This document shows positions 1-8,568 of a stretch of 64,000 nucleotides of DNA, one piece after another. The position numbers were made by a program, and so were the translations under genes. Each line of letters starts with the position of its first letter. Position 1 is the first letter of the stretch. Source of the stretch: an uncultured Verrucomicrobiae bacterium (GTDB taxonomy: Bacteria; Verrucomicrobiota; Verrucomicrobiia; Chthoniobacterales; UBA10450); assembly GCA_963735805.1 (NCBI GenBank), contig CAVTMK010000002.1, positions 320,001 through 384,000 on the forward strand. Reading direction: 5' to 3'. Below the pieces are notes generated by a model that saw only the letters and a program-made list of their open reading frames with translations, did no database searches and was not told the DNA's origin.

Positions 1-371
1 ACAGGCGATCAACTGAACTAACCATCGCAGGGGAATTCCGCAGAAAAGTGACGTTTTTGTCATAAGTCTCCCGTATGATTACCGGACTGTAATGATTGGC
101 AAGACAAATTTTTGCTCACCTCTGGACCCGGCAATCGGAGAGGGTAGGCGTTTCGTCACCTCGCTCGCTATTGCTCGAGTCGTGGCCACGACTTGCATGT
201 CGCTCACATGCTTGCTTAGTACGGCTTCTCCGCAGATCGCGCTGGAGTGTGGCCAAAGCCCGTTCCACCGGGCTGCGGCCCCTCCAGTTCAGCAAGCCCG
301 AATGCTTTCGGGCCCTGCTCCCATTTCAAAGGAAAAAAGGCTGAGCAATGCAAAAGGCACGCGCCCCAAAT

Positions 372-1793
372 TTAGCGCCTTGCGACTGCGCGTTCGCAGA
401 AGCCGTTCTTTGGCTCAAACAATTGAATTGCAGGCGAATTGGAATGAATCTTCCGACCAGTTGATGATCTCCCATTGGGACTGGAAGCATCCCTCGGCAA
501 AGCTCCAGCGTTCGATGGGCGCAGTCGAACAATCGGTATTTCCGGATTTTTAAATTCCACTACGGCGTATTCGCTGTCCCGGAGCATCCACAGAAAGTTC
601 TGGATTGTCAGCCTGCGATAATCCCGTATCCCAGGATGCGAGAGCTTGCGATACGTTTCGGCAACACTGATGCGCCCGCCGGCTTCGCGCACAACGTAGG
701 CCAGGGCGAGATCGAATTGGTAGTTGGAGTCATTGATGCGTCGCAGTTTAGGGTTTGTTGCCGGCCAGCAAGGAATGCCCTTATCGAGCGCCACGATCAA
801 ACGCACATGCGCTTGCATCGACAATCGAAAGGCACGCGTGATCGGTCGCGACGAAGAGGCTCCCGAGCGATCGACCCACTTCTCAAGCAGTTGGGGAGTC
901 AGTGGACAAATCGTCGAGAGACAACGCCACTTTATTATTTCCAGAAGTCTGGGCACTCGAGGCCCCCACATTTTCCTCAAGCTATCCAGGGTGTTCGTAA
1001 ACACTTTGTGCACACGGGCGCGCGTCAAACCGTACCGTCGTCCGATTTCTGCATGGCTCAGGCAAAGAAGATCCGCGTGCGGACTGCGGGCGCCCATTTT
1101 TGCTCCGATCTTGGCAAGAACAAATTGTCTGTCACGAAGCGGTAGCTTTGCCAAGCCTCGCTCAAGCAAAGTCAGTAATTCGACCGCCGCCGTGGCCTCG
1201 TGAATCTGCCCCAGATCAAATTCGCCGGAAGCCGCGCGCTCAATCAAATGCTGTATCTCGCTAAGCGTTCGCCATCCACAGGCTTTATGTTGAAGCAATT
1301 CAAAAGCGTTACGCTCATCGAGGTCACCCAAAGTTCTGGCGCCGATGGAGCGGACCACATTGGCCAAACGCTTCGTTATCGGCAATTCGTGGAAGGAAAG
1401 ATGGCAAATCGATTCCGGAATGACAAAGCTGGCCGCATCTTCTTGCACTTTTGGAGTGGCCACTTCAGCCCCCGTCGTGGTAAAAATGTGTAATGGCGTG
1501 TGCGCAGCGTGATCGCCACGGCGCCGGTGACCATTAGACGAAGCCTTCCCATTTTGGAATCGTGCGCGGCGTGCCAGCAAATCCAACTCGTAAAGCGTTT
1601 TTGGTCCACAATTCTTTTCCCAGGCGAAGTCAACCACCTTCCGTCCGTGCAGGTCGCCGAGCACGTGGACGCCGAACCGGTCTAGCACAGCGCTGAGGCG
1701 CGCTGAGGTTTGCCGGGTATCCAGAGGTTGATTCCGAAGGCTCGCGGGAATCTCAATCGCCTTGGAAAATGAATGGAGAGCGAGGGCTGGCAT
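372..1793 (-). CDS. Hypothetical regulator-like protein with two RNA polymerase alpha-CTD-like (HhH) repeats and a sigma-70 region-4-like HTH
   Basis: Two repeats of the form 'RL..V....G...LGDL......F.....CG.KTL.E' resemble alpha-CTD. 'LSHAEIGRRYGLTRARVHKV' resembles sigma region 4. Confidence 0.6.
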   Translation of the reverse strand: MPALALHSFSKAIEIPASLRNQPLDTRQTSARLSAVLDRFGVHVLGDLHGRKVVDFAWEKNCGPKTLYELDLLARRARFQNGKASSNGHRRRGDHAAHTPLHIFTTTGAEVATPKVQEDAASFVIPESICHLSFHELPITKRLANVVRSIGARTLGDLDERNAFELLQHKACGWRTLSEIQHLIERAASGEFDLGQIHEATAAVELLTLLERGLAKLPLRDRQFVLAKIGAKMGARSPHADLLCLSHAEIGRRYGLTRARVHKVFTNTLDSLRKMWGPRVPRLLEIIKWRCLSTICPLTPQLLEKWVDRSGASSSRPITRAFRLSMQAHVRLIVALDKGIPCWPATNPKLRRINDSNYQFDLALAYVVREAGGRISVAETYRKLSHPGIRDYRRLTIQNFLWMLRDSEYAVVEFKNPEIPIVRLRPSNAGALPRDASSPNGRSSTGRKIHSNSPAIQLFEPKNGFCERAVARR

Positions 1794-1948
1794 GGCGGTT
1801 CTTTCTTACGAGCATTACAGGATTGTAATGTTTGACAAGTACAAATTTTTTGGATGGTCCCAAGATATGTTTCGCTCTCTCCCGGCCGAGAGTTACTTAA
1901 TCGACGAATTCTGTTGAGAGAGGTACACTTCGCCTTGCGGCCGCGCAA

Positions 1949-2176
1949 ATGGGACGGCAACGCGGGGAAATGGTCCAGATGAAGTCACTTCCCACCTCCG
2001 TTCAGCAGACAATCAACCAAAAGGCCGCCGGGGGAGAAATCGTTCGGGTGAAAAGGGAAGACGACACGGATGGCAAGTGGAATTACGAAGTCGTCGTGCG
2101 CTCCCAGGGGAAAGAATGGGGATTCGAGGTTGACCCGAACGGGAAATTACTCAAGACCCACCCCGAAAAAAAATAA
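1949..2176 (+). CDS. Small PepSY-like domain protein
   Basis: 'LPTSVQQTI...GGEIVRVKRE...NYEVVV...GFEVDPNGKLL' matches the PepSY-like pattern. Start uncertain. Confidence 0.55.
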   Translation: MGRQRGEMVQMKSLPTSVQQTINQKAAGGEIVRVKREDDTDGKWNYEVVVRSQGKEWGFEVDPNGKLLKTHPEKK

Positions 2177-2222
2177 CGAAGCTCGCGAGGCCGTCACCGG
2201 GCGGTTGGAGACGCCATCTCGT

Positions 2223-3635
2223 TCATGCCGGCTGGCGCACGAGGAGATCATGCTGCTTTGGAAAAATGAGACTGACGATAGTGCCGCGACCGATTTCGCT
2301 TTGAATCGTGGCGGTGCCGCCGTGCAAATCGACAATCGACTTCACCAAAGCCAGGCCCAGACCCGCTCCATCAGATCCGCGTGAGGACTCTGCCCGGTAA
2401 AACCGATCGAACACTCGCGGCAAATGTTCGGGGGCTATTCCGGAGCCATTATCGCTAACGGCGACTTCGAAATCCGTCGCGTGTTCGGCGAGGGCAATTT
2501 GAATGGAACCGTTCTGGGGGGTAAAACGCAGCGCGTTATCCACCAGATTTCCCACAGCGCGCTCAAACAAGGCGGGGTCCGCAGAAATCTCTCCTTGCCC
2601 GCTGCAATTGATGGCGACAGAGCGATCTTCGGCGATCGTTTCATAAAACTCCGCAATTTTCTCCACTGCCGCGCGGGCGTCGAATCGCTTGCGCTCAACC
2701 GGTTCGCGTGCCGCGTCTACCCGCGCAACGAATAGCAAGTTATCCACGATGCCGGAAAGCCGTTCGCATTCGCCGATCGTGGACTCGATGGTTTCGCGGT
2801 ATTCTTCGGGGCTGCGGTCGCGCGACAGAGCGACCTGCGCCTCACCCAGCATATTTGCGATGGGAGTGCGCAATTCGTGTGCGAGGTCGGCGGAGAATTG
2901 AGAAAGCCGTGTAAAGGAATCATCAAGTCGCTTGAGCATTTCATCGAAAGCGATGGCCAGGGGCTGAAGTTCGCGCGGCCAGTTGGCTGGCCCCACACGC
3001 TCGTCGAGGTGCGTTGGCCCAATTCGTTCCAGTGAGCGCCTCATTTCTTCCAACGGACGCAGACCGCGCCTGGTGACGGAGATCGCAATTAGAATAGAGG
3101 CGAGAATGCTGCCTGAAAGAACGAGCAGAGCCAAAATACCAAATCGCCTTTCGACCTGCTCGTCGCTGGAGCGATCTTGCGCCACTTGAATCGTAAACGG
3201 CTGGCCATTTGCCAGGGCGTGTCTTGTCGTTAACGCAAACGATTTCCCGGCGACTCGATATTCAGTCGGCGCTGCAATTTCGCGTGAAGCAGGCGCGGGA
3301 AAGATATTTGCCGGCAACAGCGTCTCCATCCCGGTTGTCTGCCCGACGGTCGCGCCCGACGGATCGAGCACACGCACCAGAAAGGGAGCGCGCTGCCGAT
3401 TACCTGTTGCATTGATTTCCGCATCGACCGCAGCCAATCCACCTCGTTGTTGAAAACTCGTTTGCAATGCGTCCACCTTGTCCGCGAGCACAGCATTATC
3501 TTCGGCGAACGCGTGGCGAACGACGATCCAGTAAAAGACACCCAGTCCGCAGGCGAGCAAGAGAGCTGCAGCCAGCGTAAAAAGCAGAATGAGCTGGGAG
3601 GCAATGGAGCGCGGTTCAGGGCGCTTTGAGAACAT
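2223..3635 (-). CDS. Heavy-metal sensor histidine kinase (CusS/CzcS-like)
   Basis: Two TM segments, HAMP, H-box 'FSADLAHELRTP', N-box 'NLVDNALRF', G-boxes 'DNGSGI' and 'GAGLGL'. Confidence 0.9.
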   Translation of the reverse strand: MFSKRPEPRSIASQLILLFTLAAALLLACGLGVFYWIVVRHAFAEDNAVLADKVDALQTSFQQRGGLAAVDAEINATGNRQRAPFLVRVLDPSGATVGQTTGMETLLPANIFPAPASREIAAPTEYRVAGKSFALTTRHALANGQPFTIQVAQDRSSDEQVERRFGILALLVLSGSILASILIAISVTRRGLRPLEEMRRSLERIGPTHLDERVGPANWPRELQPLAIAFDEMLKRLDDSFTRLSQFSADLAHELRTPIANMLGEAQVALSRDRSPEEYRETIESTIGECERLSGIVDNLLFVARVDAAREPVERKRFDARAAVEKIAEFYETIAEDRSVAINCSGQGEISADPALFERAVGNLVDNALRFTPQNGSIQIALAEHATDFEVAVSDNGSGIAPEHLPRVFDRFYRAESSRGSDGAGLGLALVKSIVDLHGGTATIQSEIGRGTIVSLIFPKQHDLLVRQPA

Positions 3636-4284
3636 AACCCATGCCGCGGATGGTATGGACCAGTTTGGTCTTAAACGGATCGTCCACCTTTGCTCGCAAG
3701 CGACGCACTACCACATCGACGACGTTTGTATCGGTTTTAAACCCTATGTCCCACACGTGTTCTGCAATTTCGGCGCGCGATACAACTTCACCGGCCGAAT
3801 GCACCAGATGAGCCAGCAGAATAAACTCTTTCGGCGTCAGATTCAGTGGAACGCCGCCCCGCTCGGCGCGCTGATGGCGCGTATCGATTTCCAGATCGTC
3901 GATCCGCAATTTGTCCCGACGCGCAGGCGTACGACGCATCAGCGAACGTACGCGTGCGAGCAATTCCGAAAACGCGAATGGTTTCACCACGTAATCATCC
4001 GCGCCGATCTCCAACCCCTTTACGCGATCGGGCACGCTGTCGCGCGCAGTCAAAAAGATAACCGGCGTCTGCATCTTGGCCGCTCGCAATTCTTGCACCA
4101 AGGCCCAACCGTCCTTTTTTGGAAGCATGATATCGACAATGAGAAGGTCGAACGTGCTCGCACGCGCTGCAGCGAGCCCGGCCTCGCCGTCCGCGGCAAG
4201 ATCAACCCCGAAACCGGCTTCGCGCAGGCCCTTTGCCAGAAAGGCCGCCGTTTTCTTTTCGTCCTCGATCACCAGAATTCGCAT
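3616..4284 (-). CDS. Heavy-metal response regulator (CusR-like, OmpR family)
   Basis: 'MRILVIEDE', 'GADDYVVKPF', 'DTNVVDVVVRRLRAKVDDPF..KLVHTIRGMGY'. Overlaps the kinase start. Confidence 0.92.
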   Translation of the reverse strand: MRILVIEDEKKTAAFLAKGLREAGFGVDLAADGEAGLAAARASTFDLLIVDIMLPKKDGWALVQELRAAKMQTPVIFLTARDSVPDRVKGLEIGADDYVVKPFAFSELLARVRSLMRRTPARRDKLRIDDLEIDTRHQRAERGGVPLNLTPKEFILLAHLVHSAGEVVSRAEIAEHVWDIGFKTDTNVVDVVVRRLRAKVDDPFKTKLVHTIRGMGYVLKAP

Positions 4285-4391
4285 AATCCCGATAATCTTC
4301 GTCTAGTTCTTTCTCATAGCTCTGCTCCACTCCGGATTCTATGGAGCATGAGCGAGAGCAAGAGCATGAGCAAGACAAGAAATAGACAAAC

Positions 4392-4833
4392 CTATGAGGC
4401 AATTTGCTCTCGCTTGGGCGGCAGAGCGATCGCCAGACCGGCAAGCAAAAACGTGGTTGCCGCAGAGAACAGGCAATAACGGCAGTAGGCATGCAGCAGG
4501 AAGGCCTGAACGTAAAGGAACCAGAGCGTAGCCAGGAACATCGCACCAATCGGTCAAAATGAGGAATATTCGCGCGCGCGAGTAGCCGAACGCTGCGAAT
4601 GTGGCGAAGGTAAATACGCTGAAGTAGGCCAGTGCCCCAAACATGGCCACCGGCATTCCCGCTACCTTCGCGTACGAACTGCCCAGGACTCGGAAACAAT
4701 CCGGTGAGCCCCCACAGCCGAGTGTCTCGCCCGTCAACGCCTGCACCGACAGATAAGTTGCGTCCGCCAGTCCCGCCAGCGAAACGATCGCTACAACGAT
4801 AAAAATGATCGTGCGAAATCGCGCTACTGTCAT
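4392..4833 (-). CDS. Vitamin K epoxide reductase (VKOR) family protein, one frameshift near 4552
   Basis: N-terminus 'LADATYL...CGGSPDCFRVLGSSYA'. Removing one base near 4552 continues '...WFLYVQAFLLHAYCRYCLFSAA...EQIAS*', which carries the CxxC active site. Confidence 0.8.
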
Positions 4834-5495
4834 GTCCGCGATTTTTTTTCCAGCGCTGCGTTGATCTCGGCGCGAATGCCCTCTGGGTTCTTGTCTCTTT
4901 GATCCACTGGCTGATTATTAATAAACAGAGTCGGGGTCGTCTGTATCCCCAGTGATTCGCCGCGTTGGCGATCCGCCTCGACTCGTGCCCTGGTCTTCTC
5001 GCCGTCCATGTCTTTTTTGAATTTATCAAGATCGAGTCCGATCATCCCGGCATAGGATTCGAACAATTCGCGGGGGTTAGGCGCTTTGCTCCACGCCTCT
5101 TGTTCTCGATAGAGGACGTCGTGCATCTCCCAAAAATGGCCCTGCAGTCCCGCCGCTTCCGCGGCCAGCGCCGCTTCGCGGGCGTGCTCGTGCACCGTTA
5201 ACGGAAAATTCCGAAAGACCACACGCAAACGCGAATCGTATTCTTTCTCCAGCTGGCCAGCAAATGCCGCGAACATGCCGCACGGCGGGCATTGAAAATC
5301 GCCGTACTCTTCCAGTGTTACTGGCGCATCGGGATTGCCGCGAATGTGGGCTGACTCGGTGTCGCCTTTCCCGGGGGCCTTATTGTCGGGAATGGAGAGG
5401 AGGTGCGGCTGCTTTGCGCGGTAGAGCATCGCGCCGCTTCCGAGCGTGGCCAATGCAACAACGGCAACAATGACGAAGGGCAAATTTCGCTTCAT
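4830..5495 (-). CDS. DsbA-family thiol-disulfide oxidoreductase (Thioredoxin_4)
   Basis: 'GNPDAPVTLEEYGDFQCPPCG', 'FRNFPL', 'TPTLFIN', N-terminal TM. Start taken at MKRNLPF. Confidence 0.88.
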   Translation of the reverse strand: MKRNLPFVIVAVVALATLGSGAMLYRAKQPHLLSIPDNKAPGKGDTESAHIRGNPDAPVTLEEYGDFQCPPCGMFAAFAGQLEKEYDSRLRVVFRNFPLTVHEHAREAALAAEAAGLQGHFWEMHDVLYREQEAWSKAPNPRELFESYAGMIGLDLDKFKKDMDGEKTRARVEADRQRGESLGIQTTPTLFINNQPVDQRDKNPEGIRAEINAALEKKSRT

Positions 5496-5777
5496 AGATG
5501 AAGAGCGGAGAGCGAAAAGTTTCGATGCAACGAATGAGTCGTCAAGGGCAAGTAATAGAACCACCACGTAAACGCCAAAAGGGCCGGCTCAAATGGAGCG
5601 GCTTGATGACGAACAACAAAATGTCGAATGTTTAATCACAAAGGAATATCGACGTCCGAATCCAGAAACAATCGGCTGCAATTTTTTCTCGTTCGATCGT
5701 TTCGGGCTTCCTTTGTGATCGGTAATTCGGGGTTCGCCATCATTGACCGATATAAAGCTGTGAGGGTAAATTTGACG

Positions 5778-6164
5778 ATGGAATTGCCAAGATTTTCAAT
5801 TGCACTGCTAAGTCTGCTCATGTGCGCCGGTTTTTTATCAGGCCAAACGCCATCTGGTTCGGAAACGGGGATCGAAGGGGTCATCATGATTAAGCCGGCT
5901 CAGCCCGGTCCCGCGCGGACTGGGGCTCCCGATTCAATACCGCTGGCGGACGTCGCTTTCGGGGTCGCGAACCAAAAGGGCGAGGTTACATCGTTTACCA
6001 CGGACCATGAGGGGCGTTTTCGAACGCCGCTGCCGCCTGGGCATTACAAGGTTTCTCTGAAGGGAAGGACACGCGGTGTTGGACGTTACGGGCCTTTCGA
6101 AGTCGATGTTGTGGCTGGCAAAATGACAAATGTCCAGTGGCAATGCGACTCGGGTCTTCGGTAG
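5778..6164 (+). CDS. Exported protein with a carboxypeptidase-regulatory-like (prealbumin-type) domain
   Basis: Signal peptide 'MELPRFSIALLSLLMCAG'; 'GIEGV...TTDHEGRF..PLPPGHYKV'. Confidence 0.6.
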   Translation: MELPRFSIALLSLLMCAGFLSGQTPSGSETGIEGVIMIKPAQPGPARTGAPDSIPLADVAFGVANQKGEVTSFTTDHEGRFRTPLPPGHYKVSLKGRTRGVGRYGPFEVDVVAGKMTNVQWQCDSGLR

Positions 6165-6333
6165 AGAGACCAGCCATTCCTGTGGGGCGGCGCGTCTCGT
6201 TGACTGCAGCAAAGCACTCGATGTTGCTCGCCCACCAGGTCGAGGGTCGGCGAGCACCGACTACACTGGCGCGGAAGATTCGCGAATTCTTTCGCCAGTT
6301 GCGCGATTAACGATTTACGAACCAATCACGCTT

Positions 6334-8385
6334 CTAATGTGGAGGTGTAGGACGCGGCGGCGGCGTTGGGCGAGACCTGGGCCTGGGGCTGGTCCTTGGT
6401 GTTGGAGTAGGTCGTGGCGTCGCTGTTGCGGTTGGTGTTGCTGTCGCGGTCGCGGTTGCTGTTGCGGTAGGTGTTGGGGTTGGACTAGAAGTGGGCGTCG
6501 GAGTTGGTGTGCCACCCTGCACAGGGGCCCGAATGGCAACCGTCATCGGGTCTCCTGTTTTGAAGAAATCGACCGTCGCATTTGCAACTTGCGGCGGTTG
6601 ATCGGCATCGAATCGGAAATTATAAAGTGTACCCCAGCGAATCGCATTGGCGTTTTGATTGTTTGCAAACGTTTCCGTAGCCCAGGTCAGTGAACTGGCA
6701 GTCTGAGTGGGCGTCCACGGCGTGCTGCTATATCCCTGGCTGTTCAGTGTGCCGTCGTTTGCCCATCCCGGATGTTGAGGCGGGGCGTGAAATCCGATGT
6801 TACTGATGTTGACACCAGCTCCTAAAGGCACACTGAAAGATTGAATCGCTCGATCCAGGTTCATGTTGTAGAGAGCGTACTCATAGTGCCAGATTCCAGG
6901 CGATGGGTTGGTCACCTTATAACCCATGAACCAGAAGCCGTCGTTGCCCGGATCGGGCTCCGACCGGTTCACTGTTGCGCCCGTCCAAGCCCAGATGGCA
7001 CTCAGCATTCGCACGGTGTTACCGACTGGCGAAAAACTGAAACTGGTGGTGCCGCTCACGTTGTACTGTCGATGGGAGGCGTTGTTTGACATGTTGCATT
7101 CCGAAGGATGCGTCTGGCACCAGCTGTACTCGCTCGGGGCGACATATTGCGCTTCAGCAAAATAGGTCGCGCCCTGATTGAGTGTTGTGTTGAGATCGTT
7201 GACTTCCACCAGAACCCGGTGCGACACGCCGTCGTGATTGTGACCGCTGTGATCGTTCGCAGTTGTTGGAAAGTTACCAGTGAATGGATTGACCCACGCG
7301 CGCGAGCCAATCTGGTCTTGGTCACCGTTCAGGCCCGCAGAATACGGGTCGGAGCAGCCCGGGCAAAGATGGCTGCCCGTGCCGCAACCGCTGGTATTAC
7401 AACCAAGGCTGCAAGCGTCGTCTTCCAGCGCAAAGAAGGTATGCTTGAGCCACGATTGACCAATTTGTTCGAACCGCTCGGTGTTATCTGCCCCGCCACT
7501 CATCCGATAAAAATTTTGCGGAACGACCGGGTGATCGGTATTTGGCAACTGAAACCAATCGACTGGCTGGTCGCCATTATTGCAAGAAGTCGTCGCTATA
7601 GCGAGACCGACTTGTGTGCCAGCGTTCCCGAGTTCTTCTACATCTGGCAGATCTCCTACAATGACATCGGGTCCGTGTGTTGCCGTTGGCGTTTGTGCCT
7701 CGATCGCACGAAGCAGCGGCGGCATGGTCACACCTTCGACTTGGCCGTTAACAAGCTCCTTGATTTCTACTGGCTGCATTGCCGCGCCGATGGATATTTT
7801 TCCCACGACTGTTCCCGCTTCCGAAGGGCGCCCAAGAGCGTTGGCAAAATCTTGCGACATCACGAGTCTTCCGCCGTTGATGGCCAGCGACTGCCCGCTG
7901 GCGTCGTAGTCGTACTGGTGTCCTTCAATATTGAAAAAGGTGAAGCCCGTTTTTGCGTCGCGCACAACGAGGTCCACACTTTGGCCCGCAGGAAGTTTTT
8001 CCACGACCAGCGAACCGATCGATTGACTCAGTATCCCCTGAAGCGCCGGGATCCCGCGGCTGCGGGAGGCGATCAAGGACATCGATCCGGGCGCGGAGCC
8101 GCGTAACACATCGTTCAAAACCAGAATGGGAAAGAAGGAGTTGGCCGCCACGGCGAATTGCACTTCTTGCACTCCGTCTCGCGCGGCCGAGCTGATTCCA
8201 TTCAGACGGTTGAGGTCGAGCGACATCGTTGCGGTTCCGCTTTCCACGATCAGCTTTTGAAGGGTCCCAGTGGCTTCACCTTGGTTGTCTGGACTCTTCT
8301 GCTGCGCGACGCGATCAGTAGAGCCCGACGAGCTGAGAAGAAAAAGAAACGGGAGAATAAAGATAGTCAGGGCTTTTTTTAACAT
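6334..8385 (-). CDS. Exported family-A protein 1 (lysyl-oxidase-like motifs), PT linker plus Arg/Pro tail
   Basis: Start MLKKALT with signal peptide. Strong paralogy to the genes at 22657, 25977 and 28753. Ends 'PRPRSRPTPPPRPTPPH'. Confidence 0.85.
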   Translation of the reverse strand: MLKKALTIFILPFLFLLSSSGSTDRVAQQKSPDNQGEATGTLQKLIVESGTATMSLDLNRLNGISSAARDGVQEVQFAVAANSFFPILVLNDVLRGSAPGSMSLIASRSRGIPALQGILSQSIGSLVVEKLPAGQSVDLVVRDAKTGFTFFNIEGHQYDYDASGQSLAINGGRLVMSQDFANALGRPSEAGTVVGKISIGAAMQPVEIKELVNGQVEGVTMPPLLRAIEAQTPTATHGPDVIVGDLPDVEELGNAGTQVGLAIATTSCNNGDQPVDWFQLPNTDHPVVPQNFYRMSGGADNTERFEQIGQSWLKHTFFALEDDACSLGCNTSGCGTGSHLCPGCSDPYSAGLNGDQDQIGSRAWVNPFTGNFPTTANDHSGHNHDGVSHRVLVEVNDLNTTLNQGATYFAEAQYVAPSEYSWCQTHPSECNMSNNASHRQYNVSGTTSFSFSPVGNTVRMLSAIWAWTGATVNRSEPDPGNDGFWFMGYKVTNPSPGIWHYEYALYNMNLDRAIQSFSVPLGAGVNISNIGFHAPPQHPGWANDGTLNSQGYSSTPWTPTQTASSLTWATETFANNQNANAIRWGTLYNFRFDADQPPQVANATVDFFKTGDPMTVAIRAPVQGGTPTPTPTSSPTPTPTATATATATATPTATATPRPTPTPRTSPRPRSRPTPPPRPTPPH

Positions 8386-8568
8386 TGTTTGAACGGTGAT
8401 TGGTTTCTTTGGGCAGGTGCTGGAGAGAGCTGCAATATTTCTCATGGACACCGCTGTGAAGTAAAGGAAATCCCGAAAAAACTTGGTGACGATCCTTTTG
8501 GAATAACGACGGTTTTTGGGTCGCGATGGGTCACCGGGGCGGGATTCTGTTAATCGGCAGCAGCGATT

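Noticed and set aside
4343..4380. GAGCATGAGC/GAGCAAGAGC short repeat
   Set aside because: Short low-complexity intergenic repeat. The 'SCSCSCSR' and 'AHALALAH' translations are artefacts of it.
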